From a virus (Duplodnaviria > Caudoviricetes): 26,868 nucleotides of DNA. The stretch is from IMG/VR virus record IMGVR_UViG_3300012952_000106, positions 1 to 26,868 of that record. One strand, given 5' to 3'. The notes under the pieces were generated by a model. That model saw only the letters and a list, made by a program, of their open reading frames with translations. It was not told the DNA's origin and did not search any database. This document shows positions 16,885 through 25,953 of this stretch, one piece after another (the first letter of the stretch is position 1; each line of letters opens with the position of its first letter). The position numbers and the translations under genes are program-made.

Positions 16885-17580
16885 ATGGAGAAGCTATCAA
16901 AAGGTAAACTTTATCAACTGGTAAAAGAAGCCTTAGTCGAAAAAAATCTCATCAAAGAGATGAGTTCTTACAACCGAGTAAGAGATCACATCGAGGGTGG
17001 CAATTCATTTGTCATTATGTCTTCCGATCGCCACGAAAGAAGCAACGCGGAGAATAGACAAATGTACCAGCAAATGAAGCAAGAGTTTGCTTCTGCTGGT
17101 TTTCCATTCACCGAACTTAAAGGCGGTTTCAAGGAGACAACCAAAACAGAGGTTGATCCTGAGACTGGCGAAGAGGTTGAGGTTGAGTTAGAGGAACCCA
17201 TTCATGTAACTGAGAACAGCATCTTGGTAACAACCCACCCCCGCGGAGAAAACGCAGAGGAAAAAACTTCTCAAGATTTATTTGAGTTTGCAATGCAGGT
17301 GTCTCAAAAATATAATCAAGAGGCATTTATCTTCGGGGAAGCCGCAACAACGGCTCGTGGTGATCAAGTGAAGGTTATCAATGCATATGGCAAGGATGGC
17401 AGCCAGGTACAAGAGTCCTGGGCCGGCCCCTGGTCTAGTGTTGAGACAGTTTCAAAAGACGCAGATTTTTGGTCGCGTGCTAGCGGAAAACACTTTCAAC
17501 TTACTGAGTCTCGCAAGACAGCCCAGCCAAAATCTTGGTATGAGGCAATGAAAAAAAGCAAGCAAGGATTAAAGTGGTAA
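16885..17580 (+). CDS. Putative SAM lyase (T3 SAMase-like) with N-terminal LxQLVKE leader
   Basis: FVIMSSDR..ENRQ..LKGGFKE..TENSILV..KYNQEAFIF parallels the T3 SAMase motif order (YVLVSAFR..N..GCYRE..EEKTV..WEQDCVL), recalled from memory. Confidence 0.55.
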   Translation: MEKLSKGKLYQLVKEALVEKNLIKEMSSYNRVRDHIEGGNSFVIMSSDRHERSNAENRQMYQQMKQEFASAGFPFTELKGGFKETTKTEVDPETGEEVEVELEEPIHVTENSILVTTHPRGENAEEKTSQDLFEFAMQVSQKYNQEAFIFGEAATTARGDQVKVINAYGKDGSQVQESWAGPWSSVETVSKDADFWSRASGKHFQLTESRKTAQPKSWYEAMKKSKQGLKW

Positions 17581-17723
17581 AAAAGCACAAAAACGTTTTT
17601 ACGATACAGAATTTATATACAGAATATTATGGCACTTGCAGTTTGAATAATCTATTTAAATTCGTAAACTTACGTATGCATAATGGCACACAGAAAAATG
17701 ACAACTTTTGAGGAGAAAAAGTA

Positions 17724-17999
17724 ATGGTAAAGTATTTGATAATGGCTTTTATTTTATTGGCCGCACCCTGTTCTTTGGCTGCGCCGAAGGCGGGCACAAA
17801 TTATGATAAAATTATTTCACGATGGAATAGTCACGTGACAAAGCGCACGCACAATATTAAACAAGGGCGCGATGTACAGAAGGGCCTTAAAAAAAATAAC
17901 AACTCGACTCTCTTGGAGCAGTGGAAAGCGGAAGTCAGAAAAGTTATTAGTGGAAAAAACAAAGCTTTTATAACTTTTACCCAAAAGGCTCGCCCTTAG
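17724..17999 (+). CDS. Small basic secreted protein
   Basis: SD GAGGAG; signal peptide MVKYLIMAFILLAAPCSLA. Confidence 0.6.
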   Translation: MVKYLIMAFILLAAPCSLAAPKAGTNYDKIISRWNSHVTKRTHNIKQGRDVQKGLKKNNNSTLLEQWKAEVRKVISGKNKAFITFTQKARP

Positions 18000-18020
18000 A
18001 ATTAGTTAAACGGAGTTAGC

Positions 18021-18197
18021 ATGGATATTAATATGTCAAAAGAAGAGGTGTATGCACTTCACAACCACCTAGCAAGGCAGTTGAGATATTTCCGCGTAAG
18101 GCCCCTTGAGTGGGACTCGTGGAGGCAAATATACAATTTAGATGAATTGGATAATATTTTAAAAAGATTAGAAAAACACATAGAAAAAGGAAGTTAA
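18021..18197 (+). CDS. Small hypothetical protein (58 aa), absent from the ORF track
   Basis: SD GGAG at 18012-18015; MDINMSKEEVYALHNHLARQLRYF...EKGS-stop fills the gap and ends 1 nt before the next ATG. Confidence 0.6.
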   Translation: MDINMSKEEVYALHNHLARQLRYFRVRPLEWDSWRQIYNLDELDNILKRLEKHIEKGS

Positions 18198-18198
18198 T

Positions 18199-18834
18199 AT
18201 GATTGTTGAATTTTTAATGACCCTGGCCGTCCTAGTGCCAGCCAACACGGGGCAGATTAATGAGCCCCTCAAGCGCACTGAGATTCCTGCCCTCTACGAG
18301 CAGATAAAAGAAGTTGCCATGCTTTCATGCCCCCATCGGCGATATAATAAAATAAATGAGCGCATCGTCGATGATTTAATATTAATTGAAGACCATTTTT
18401 TTAAAACATATGACATGCCAGAGGATTTGCGTGGAATGATCCTCGCGGCGGCATGCCGTGAAAGCGGCTTTAATCCACGCGCCAAGGGCGACTGGAGAAC
18501 AAATAAAAAGGGCAAGCGCGTTGCCCGGGCACACGGGATTCTTCAATTGTGGCCCTGGTGGATAAAGAGATATAAAATTGATCGCTTTAATCATGTAGAG
18601 TCTGCCCGTGCTTGGATGTCTCATATAGTTAGGCAGCGCAAAAAAATAGAAAAGAAGCGCCAGTGCGGCAAGCGGGTTTCGAATTTAAAGAAATGGGTGG
18701 TTGCATGGGTACAGACTACACGTGGTCGTCTAACGAAGGAAAACAACTACAGATGCCGCCAGTCACCAACACACTATAAGCGACTAAAGAAGTGGTATAG
18801 GATGATGAGGAAAACTGTGGAGGATGGGTGTTAA
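18199..18834 (+). CDS. Lytic transglycosylase (SLT/lysozyme-like) with N-terminal signal
   Basis: ILAAACRESGFNPRAKGD (catalytic E-S motif), AHGILQL; hydrophobic N-terminus. Confidence 0.7.
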   Translation: MIVEFLMTLAVLVPANTGQINEPLKRTEIPALYEQIKEVAMLSCPHRRYNKINERIVDDLILIEDHFFKTYDMPEDLRGMILAAACRESGFNPRAKGDWRTNKKGKRVARAHGILQLWPWWIKRYKIDRFNHVESARAWMSHIVRQRKKIEKKRQCGKRVSNLKKWVVAWVQTTRGRLTKENNYRCRQSPTHYKRLKKWYRMMRKTVEDGC

Positions 18835-19556
18835 TAAAACTCCCAAGGCGCCATCTAGGCGACGTAGTTGTGGGCGGCAATATTGCCGCCCTTCTTTATT
18901 CTTACGATAACAAGCTGCCTCTTATAATAAATAAAATATTGAAACCTCATAGATTTTTAGAAATTAATGGTCAAAATGCACTGGATCTTTGGGGTGACAA
19001 ATACTATTCACTTAGCATGTCGGGGCTAAATTTGCTGGGCTCAAAAGCCCAGAGCGTCAGAATAGGAGAGTGCGACATTAGCATTACAACAAAAGACGCC
19101 CGTGTCATTAAATACAGTTACGAAAAGGCCATATTATTTGATGATGAGAACGTGAGTGGCCTTCCGACGCCAATCAAGCAAAACGAAAATTTTATTGTAT
19201 TAGATTGGATAAATGCAATCTCATGCCAGTCACATGATATAGACTACTTGAAATTTAAAGACAATCTTGTTAGAGAAATATACTTTTACCCGTCTGATCG
19301 ATTAGACGGCTTTCACCCCAACAGAAAAGACTTAGTTGTCATTTCGCACCTTAATAGCGAACAAATAGAGAATTTTGAATATTCAGACACCTACGTAAAA
19401 TTTAAAGTAGCTGATATTTTAAAAAATCGTGGCATCGGCGGTCGAAAATGTGGGGGAAACAATCAATATGCACTTAAGTTAGAAGTTGTAAAAAGAGAGA
19501 TTAAAAAAGCATCGATGCACACATATGAAAATACAAAGATGTTGGAGTTTAGATGA
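18828..19556 (+). CDS. Hypothetical protein with degenerate Rossmann/FAD-binding-like N-terminus
   Basis: DVVVGGNIAALLYSY resembles the GxGxxG beta-alpha-beta unit; GTG start after SD GGAGG. Confidence 0.5.
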   Translation: MLIKLPRRHLGDVVVGGNIAALLYSYDNKLPLIINKILKPHRFLEINGQNALDLWGDKYYSLSMSGLNLLGSKAQSVRIGECDISITTKDARVIKYSYEKAILFDDENVSGLPTPIKQNENFIVLDWINAISCQSHDIDYLKFKDNLVREIYFYPSDRLDGFHPNRKDLVVISHLNSEQIENFEYSDTYVKFKVADILKNRGIGGRKCGGNNQYALKLEVVKREIKKASMHTYENTKMLEFR

Positions 19557-20440
19557 TTGAATCTGGCGCTCAACTTACAACAAGCTTTCACTTAGCTGGG
19601 ATAATACCAGTCGCGGGCCAGAAGTTAGATTTTAATTTCCCATGGCACGATTGTTTGCAACCGATTGCAAAAGATTATTTAGCAATTGAAAGGGCCGTCT
19701 GGGAATGTGCATGTGCAGGGAGCGAAACCATATGGATCGTTTGCCATGAAGATATGCAGCCTTTAATCAGACATCGCCTGGGGGATTTTGTGCAAGACCC
19801 CTTAAAATATAATTTGCCGCGAAAAAAGGCACCAAAAGAATTTGAAAGGGCTGTGCCAATATATTATGTGCCAGTTCACCCAAAAGATCGCGACAAAAGG
19901 GATTGCTTGTCTTGGAGCGTACTGTACGGTGCCCTCACTGCCTATTGGTTAAGCAAGACAATTAGTAAATGGGTCGTGCCAGATCGATATTACGTCGCCT
20001 TTCCTTACGGAGTGTATGATCCTGAGTTGGTTTTACCATATCGCACAAAAATATCCAGTAAAAATAGTTTTCATATTTCTTTTGAAAATAAAACTGTAAA
20101 AAATAATGAGTATTTGGGATTTACGTTCGATGCCGAAGATTTTAAGGAAGCTCGGAGGATTATTAGAAAAGAGGGCACCGGAGAGTTTCTAGACTATGAT
20201 TCTAGCAAAAGAATTCCAGTTGAAGAAAGATGGTCAGCGAGATTTTTTGAGCTTGACAAAGTGTTTGATTGTGTTAAAATGGGAGATGTAAGTTTGGAAT
20301 TGCCATGCTATTATAATGTGGGCACCTGGGAAGGATTAAGAAAATACTTAGGAAGTGATTATTCTCTTGACAGACCAGGGGGCGATGTGTTAGGATATCA
20401 TGAGTGGAATTTAATTGGAGTTGATAATGAAGAAGAGTAA
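19553..20440 (+). CDS. Divergent sugar-phosphate nucleotidyltransferase-like (GT-A fold) protein
   Basis: GIIPVAG...CLQPI....AIERAVWEC..AG.ETIWIV and YYNVGTWEG resemble RmlA/GlmU-type NTP transferases, but the GxGTR and PK residues are altered. Confidence 0.55.
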   Translation: MIESGAQLTTSFHLAGIIPVAGQKLDFNFPWHDCLQPIAKDYLAIERAVWECACAGSETIWIVCHEDMQPLIRHRLGDFVQDPLKYNLPRKKAPKEFERAVPIYYVPVHPKDRDKRDCLSWSVLYGALTAYWLSKTISKWVVPDRYYVAFPYGVYDPELVLPYRTKISSKNSFHISFENKTVKNNEYLGFTFDAEDFKEARRIIRKEGTGEFLDYDSSKRIPVEERWSARFFELDKVFDCVKMGDVSLELPCYYNVGTWEGLRKYLGSDYSLDRPGGDVLGYHEWNLIGVDNEEE

Positions 20441-23400
20441 GATACCTTTTGTTGGGCTACATGCCCACAGTGGAGTGGGGAGCCCCTTTGATGGCCTTGG
20501 ATACCCACAAGAACATATGAATTTTGCATATGAAAATGGCTGTGATGCATTAGCGCTGACAGATCACGGAAATATGAATGGCATGGCATACCAAGTTTTA
20601 CATGCAAAAAAGATGCGTGCTGAAGGCAAGGAATTCAAGCCAATATTTGGCGTGGAGGCATATTTTCTACCGAGCCTAGCAGAGTGGAAGCAAGAGTACG
20701 AAAAAGCCAGGGAAGATAAAAAAGCAAAACGCTCCCTAGATGAGTCGCGCTCAGCAACTACGATCGAAGATGAGGGCTCTTCAAAGAAGGCCGTTAAGAA
20801 TATATTAAATCGACGTCGCCACTTAATCTTGTTGGCCCAGAACCAGGCCGGCCTGAATAATATATTCAAGATGGTTTCAAAGTCCTTCTCGAAAGGGAGT
20901 TTTTACCGCTTCCCCCGAGTAGACTATAAGATGCTCAAGAAACATAGTGAGGGAGTTATTGCGGCTAGTGCATGCCTGGGTGGCGTGTATGCAGGAGACT
21001 ACTGGGAGAATCGCGACAATGGAGACAGCGCCGTACTCACAGCTATGAAAAAAACAACAGAAAAAATGATGGATATCTTCGGAGATAGATGGTATGGGGA
21101 ACTACAGTGGAACAACATACCCGAACAGCATGATCTAAACAGGTTTATTATCCAAACTTCAGAAAAGTACGGGTTTAAGCTCATCTCCACAGCAGACAGT
21201 CACTATCCATCCCCCCAGGCTTGGAAGGACCGAGAACTCTACAAGCGCCTTGGTTGGCTTGGCAAGGGGAGCATGCCATCTTGGATGACATCAGAACTCC
21301 CAGACGGGGTGGAGGAGATTGGCTACGAACTTTATCCAAAAAATGGCGACCAAATATGGGAGTCATATAAAACGTATTCTAAGATGGTTGGCATAAAATA
21401 TGATGATGAGACAGTTTTAGCTTCAATTAAGGAGACACACCACATCGCGCACGAACTAATAGAGTCTTTCTTACCAGACAATACTGTACGTCTGCCAGAT
21501 TTTGTGGTACCAGCCGGCTTCACGGCGGCTCAGGCGCTCTCACAATTGTGCTTTGAGGGTCTGAGGTCATTGGGTTTGCAAGACGCTGAGAGGTACACTG
21601 AGAGGCTTACAGAGGAGCTTGGAGTTATCGACGATCGAGGGTTTAGTAAATACTTTCTTACCATGAAGGCCGTTGTTGACAAGGCAAACTCTGTGCAGAT
21701 CACCGGACCTGGCCGAGGATCCGCCGCCGGATCTCTAGTTGCTTACGTGCTGGGTATCACTCAGATTGATCCCATTAAATACAATCTTTTGTTTTCCCGC
21801 TTCTTGCGAAGGGATGCGACAGACTATCCGGATATTGATTATGATGTTAGTGATCCGATGGAGTTCAAGGAGATGTTGATCGATGCCTGGGGCGGAGACA
21901 AGGTGGTGCCCATTTCCAACTTTAACACACTTCAGTTGCGCTCGTTGATTAAGGACATCTCTAAGTTTTATGAGATTCCCTTCACGGAGGTGAATGGGGT
22001 AACATCAAGGATGCTAAAAGAGGCAACGCCTCTTGCCAAGAAAAAACACGGCATCAAGTCTGGTATTTATAGCCCAACATTTGAGGAGGTGATGGAGTTT
22101 TCCGAATCTCTCAAGAAGTTTCTTAATAAATATCCCCACGTGGCAAACCACATTAATGTGCTTTATGGCCAAACGCGCTCTGTGTCGCGACACGCAGGTG
22201 GTGTTGTTATTGGTGAAGATCTAAACACATACATGCCGCTCATTAACAGTGGCGGGATCACCCAAACCCCCTGGTCGGAAGGTCAAAATGTGCGACACTT
22301 GGAGCCTATGGGCTTTATTAAGTTTGACATTTTGGGGCTCTCGACCCTTAAAATGATTGAGGGTGCCATCGGACATATCTTAAAAAGACATCACGGGGTA
22401 GAGAATCCCACCTTCCAAGACATTAAAAAGTATTACGATGATAATTTACATCCAGAGCGCATCGACTTGAACGATCAAAAAGTCTACGAAAACATTTTCC
22501 ACAAAGGAAAATGGGCAGGAATATTCCAGTTCACAGAAAATGGCGCACAGAAATTTTGCAGAAAAGCAAAGCCCAGGAACATTATTGATGTTGCTGCCAT
22601 CACCTCTATTTACCGTCCTGGTCCGCTTGGCGCAAATGTAGATAAGCTTTATGTGAGGGCAAAGAAGTCGCCTGGTGATATATCTTACGAACACGAATAT
22701 GTGAAGGGCCTCACTGAAGAGACTTATGGCTTTCTTATTTTTCAAGAGCAGATTGCACTTCTTGCTCACAAACTTGGCAAAGACTTTAGCTTGGATGAGG
22801 GCAACAAATTACGCAAGCTCCTGACAAAGAAAGGCACAGGAGAAGTCGAAGACCAGAAGAACAAGTTAAAGCTGAAGTTTGTTGCAGGTTGTGTAGAGAA
22901 GGGCCTAAGCAAGAAGTGGGCTAATGATATGTGGCAGAAGTTTGAGTTCTTCTCTGGTTATGGCTTTAATAAGTCGCACGCTGTCTCATATTCAGTTATT
23001 TCTTACCAATGTGCGTGGCTGTTTAACTACTATCCAGCGGAGTGGATGGCTGCCTTCTTGGACAAGGAGCCGGAAACTCGAAAGGAACGAGCGATTAATC
23101 TTGCCAAGAAATTTAAATTCAAGGTAAAATCGGTTGATGTTAATAACTCTGGGGCAGTCTGGGAGATCGATTCAGACAATAAGACTTTAATTCAGCCACT
23201 AACTTCTCTAAAGGGGCTTGGAGATAAGGCCATCGAGCAGATTTTAAGTAATCGCCCGTTCACAAAGCTCGAAGAGTTTCTGTTTAATGAGAATATTGTT
23301 TATAGCAAACTAAACAAGAAGGCGCTGGACGTCCTGGCTCGTAGTGGGGCATTAAATAGTCTCGTCGATGATCGTTTCACTGGGCTTAAACACTTCTGGT

Positions 23401-23855
23401 CTGCTGCTGTTGTTGATCGTCCAAAAAACCAAAAAAAGCTAGATGAAAATATCGCGCTTTACACACCAGAAGGGGAGTTCAACGATGAGGAGAAGATTAA
23501 CAATCTCGTCTCTCTCACTGGCATTTTTCCAATGGATCTGGTCTTAGACAACACAGTAAAACAACGTCTTGATTATTACAAAGTTCCGCCAATTGGAGAG
23601 TGGGACAACGATTTGGGAGTTGCCTGGTTCATTCCTCGCGAAGTTATACCAAAGAAAACTAAGAATGGAAAAACATATTGGATTCTCAGGGTAATTGACA
23701 ATACTTCGACAGTCACCTCAATTAAATGTTGGGGTGTGGATGCCCAAAGAGATGAGATATATTTAAACCATCCATATATGAGCAAGTTAGACTATGATGA
23801 GCAGTGGGGGTTTAGCACTCGCTCCATTAAATACAATTTTAGAATGTTAGCATAA
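20427..23855 (+). CDS. dnaE: DNA polymerase III alpha subunit (family C)
   Basis: PHP motifs LHAHS, TDHG, ADSHY; GPGRGSAAGSLVAYVLGIT, PDIDYD, RHAGGVVI, KFDILGL, YGFNKSHA. ATG 20427 follows SD GGAG. Confidence 0.96.
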   Translation: MKKSKIPFVGLHAHSGVGSPFDGLGYPQEHMNFAYENGCDALALTDHGNMNGMAYQVLHAKKMRAEGKEFKPIFGVEAYFLPSLAEWKQEYEKAREDKKAKRSLDESRSATTIEDEGSSKKAVKNILNRRRHLILLAQNQAGLNNIFKMVSKSFSKGSFYRFPRVDYKMLKKHSEGVIAASACLGGVYAGDYWENRDNGDSAVLTAMKKTTEKMMDIFGDRWYGELQWNNIPEQHDLNRFIIQTSEKYGFKLISTADSHYPSPQAWKDRELYKRLGWLGKGSMPSWMTSELPDGVEEIGYELYPKNGDQIWESYKTYSKMVGIKYDDETVLASIKETHHIAHELIESFLPDNTVRLPDFVVPAGFTAAQALSQLCFEGLRSLGLQDAERYTERLTEELGVIDDRGFSKYFLTMKAVVDKANSVQITGPGRGSAAGSLVAYVLGITQIDPIKYNLLFSRFLRRDATDYPDIDYDVSDPMEFKEMLIDAWGGDKVVPISNFNTLQLRSLIKDISKFYEIPFTEVNGVTSRMLKEATPLAKKKHGIKSGIYSPTFEEVMEFSESLKKFLNKYPHVANHINVLYGQTRSVSRHAGGVVIGEDLNTYMPLINSGGITQTPWSEGQNVRHLEPMGFIKFDILGLSTLKMIEGAIGHILKRHHGVENPTFQDIKKYYDDNLHPERIDLNDQKVYENIFHKGKWAGIFQFTENGAQKFCRKAKPRNIIDVAAITSIYRPGPLGANVDKLYVRAKKSPGDISYEHEYVKGLTEETYGFLIFQEQIALLAHKLGKDFSLDEGNKLRKLLTKKGTGEVEDQKNKLKLKFVAGCVEKGLSKKWANDMWQKFEFFSGYGFNKSHAVSYSVISYQCAWLFNYYPAEWMAAFLDKEPETRKERAINLAKKFKFKVKSVDVNNSGAVWEIDSDNKTLIQPLTSLKGLGDKAIEQILSNRPFTKLEEFLFNENIVYSKLNKKALDVLARSGALNSLVDDRFTGLKHFWSAAVVDRPKNQKKLDENIALYTPEGEFNDEEKINNLVSLTGIFPMDLVLDNTVKQRLDYYKVPPIGEWDNDLGVAWFIPREVIPKKTKNGKTYWILRVIDNTSTVTSIKCWGVDAQRDEIYLNHPYMSKLDYDEQWGFSTRSIKYNFRMLA

Positions 23856-23866
23856 AGGAGAATAGC

Positions 23867-24325
23867 ATGAATCTGAAAGTATATAAAATAAGACCTCGCG
23901 CAAGATTACCCTTGCGCGCACATAAAACTGACGCCGGCATGGATTTATTCTACTGCCCTGACGAATCGACTGGCAGTGAATCTTCGTTGCCGATCTTGCC
24001 TCGCGAATCGAAATTGATTTCCACAGGCTTGAAAATTGAAGTACCTCGCGACCACATGTTGGAAATAAAAAATAAATCTGGGGTTGCTTTCAAGAGGAAG
24101 TTGATTACAGGGGCATGCGTTGTTGACCCGGGTTACGATGGGGAGATATACGTAAATCTCCACAACATCGGCACACAGACACAATATATAAATCCGGGCG
24201 ATAAAGTTGCTCAGGCAGTGTTAATTCCGATTGTGCACTGTGGCGTTGAGGAAGTTGCAACCGATAATTTAAACTGTGATTCTCTACGCGGTGAAGGCGG
24301 ATTCGGAAGTACGGGGGATAGATAG
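23867..24325 (+). CDS. dut: Trimeric dUTPase
   Basis: AGMDL, KSGV, VVDPGYDGEI, GDKVAQ, RGEGGFGSTG. Confidence 0.95.
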   Translation: MNLKVYKIRPRARLPLRAHKTDAGMDLFYCPDESTGSESSLPILPRESKLISTGLKIEVPRDHMLEIKNKSGVAFKRKLITGACVVDPGYDGEIYVNLHNIGTQTQYINPGDKVAQAVLIPIVHCGVEEVATDNLNCDSLRGEGGFGSTGDR

Positions 24326-24603
24326 TGGGATCTTTCAGTCGAAAAGTAAAAAGAAACAACGCCAAAAAGCAGAAAAAGAAAGCAGAAAAAGAAATGGTGG
24401 AAAAGATTGCTTTATTTGGAAAATTGCCTTCAAACTGCTTGACATGCGAGAAATCATTTGATAAGATGAATAAACAACAAGTGATGTCGTGGAGCGTCGT
24501 AGTGCGAGAAAAAGAAGATAAAGTAAACCTTTATTGTCCTGATTGCTGGGAGGGTGCTAAAAAACTTGTTGAAGATCTTAAAAAACGAATGGAGAATAAA
24601 TGA
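24325..24603 (+). CDS. Small basic zinc-finger protein
   Basis: CLTC...CPDCW; lysine-rich N-terminus; GTG start overlapping the dut stop. Confidence 0.65.
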   Translation: MGSFSRKVKRNNAKKQKKKAEKEMVEKIALFGKLPSNCLTCEKSFDKMNKQQVMSWSVVVREKEDKVNLYCPDCWEGAKKLVEDLKKRMENK

Positions 24604-25628
24604 AAACAGCATTAACATATGATGACATATTGCTGGTGCCACAATACTCTGACATAGAGAGTAGAAAAGAGGTTGAGATTGGCAATGATTTGGATTACGA
24701 TAGGTGGTTTGAGCTTCCAGTTATTTCTTCTCCGATGGATTCCGTCACAGAGGCACCAATGGCCATCGCCATGGCGAATGTTGGCGCTCTAGGTGTCCTA
24801 CATCGCTATTGCACAATCAGTGAGCAAGCCAGAATGGCCAGGGAGTTTAGGATGGCGATGCCAAATTCATATCAGCATGTCGCCGCAGCCATCGGCGTTA
24901 GCGGCGATAACATAGAGAGGGCCACGGCTCTTTTTGATTCGGGTGTTTCAATAATCTGCATTGATGTTGCACACGGACACCATAGTTTGATGGAGAGTGC
25001 GATTAAATCAATTCGAGATACATACGGAGACACGGTGCATATCATGGCTGGTAACGTCGCGACCGCAGAAGGGTATTCGGATTTGCAGATCTGGGGAGCC
25101 GACAGCATCCGTTGCAACGTTGGAGGCGGCTCTATTTGTTCGACAAGAATTCAGACAGGCCATGGCATGCCAGGACTCCAAACAATTATGGACTGTGCTT
25201 CTGTGAAAGGTACTGCTAAAATTATTGCAGACGGGGGAATTCGTTCAAGTGGAGATATTGTGAAGGCTTATGCTGCGGGTGCTGATTTTGTCATGATTGG
25301 TTCGCTCTTGGCGGGCACTGACGAAACTCCAGGGGATGTGATCACAGTCAACCCCCTCAAAACAAAAGAGAAGGTTTATCGTGGGATGGCGAGCAAGGAG
25401 GCACAGATGGACTGGCGCGGCCGGTTCTCCTCTAACGAGGGTGTTGCGGCACGGGTACCGTATAAGGGCCCAGTGGGGGAAGTGTTGGTAGATCTTGTTA
25501 ATGGAATTAAGTCTGGCTTTTCTTATTCTGGCTGTAGGGATATGAGCGAGTTTAAAAAGAGAGTAAAGCTTGTAAGACAAACTTCAGCGGGCCTAAATGA
25601 AAGCGGAACCCATATTTTAAGGAGATAA
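24600..25628 (+). CDS. guaB: IMP dehydrogenase / GMP reductase family protein (no CBS domains)
   Basis: LTYDDILLVP, SSPMDSVTE, IDVAHGH, GNVAT, GGGSICSTR (catalytic Cys), ADGGIR, YRGMAS. GuaB versus GuaC cannot be settled by eye. Confidence 0.8.
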   Translation: MKTALTYDDILLVPQYSDIESRKEVEIGNDLDYDRWFELPVISSPMDSVTEAPMAIAMANVGALGVLHRYCTISEQARMAREFRMAMPNSYQHVAAAIGVSGDNIERATALFDSGVSIICIDVAHGHHSLMESAIKSIRDTYGDTVHIMAGNVATAEGYSDLQIWGADSIRCNVGGGSICSTRIQTGHGMPGLQTIMDCASVKGTAKIIADGGIRSSGDIVKAYAAGADFVMIGSLLAGTDETPGDVITVNPLKTKEKVYRGMASKEAQMDWRGRFSSNEGVAARVPYKGPVGEVLVDLVNGIKSGFSYSGCRDMSEFKKRVKLVRQTSAGLNESGTHILRR

Positions 25629-25629
25629 T

Positions 25630-25953
25630 TTGTCCCAATACGTCGACAAAAAACAGATATGCTTCGATGGAAGCGCCAAGTTGCATGCTGATCTCAAAAT
25701 AAGGTTACATACTGATGGTATAAAAATTAAAGATTTTTTTAATGAAATTGTATTGGCGTATGTAAACAGGGACGCTTATCTTATTAAGTTTGTTGAGAAC
25801 CTGAAGGAGAAAAAAGAAATGTCTAAAAGCATAAGAAATAAATCTGCAAAAGAGAGACAAAAAAGAAAAGAAACAATTTCTCAATTTGGACTGGATGAGG
25901 ATGAAATTGAGAATATATTTGACATAATAAAAAAGGAGCATCCAAGTTTATGA
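25630..25953 (+). CDS. Hypothetical protein, possibly ribbon-helix-helix-like DNA binder
   Basis: KQICF...LHADLKIRL..DGI.IKDFFNEIV pattern; TTG start after SD AGGAG. Confidence 0.5.
   Translation: MSQYVDKKQICFDGSAKLHADLKIRLHTDGIKIKDFFNEIVLAYVNRDAYLIKFVENLKEKKEMSKSIRNKSAKERQKRKETISQFGLDEDEIENIFDIIKKEHPSL

Noticed and set aside
20690-20820. Charged insertion in the DnaE PHP domain as a possible intein or intron
   Set aside because: About 40 aa, in frame, with no intein terminal motifs or endonuclease signature; DnaE, RNR, RecA and helicase all appear uninterrupted.
14021-22612. CTATTTA hits inside dnaB (14021) and dnaE (22606)
   Set aside because: Far from any start codon; a few chance hits of an AT-rich 7-mer are expected in 27 kb.
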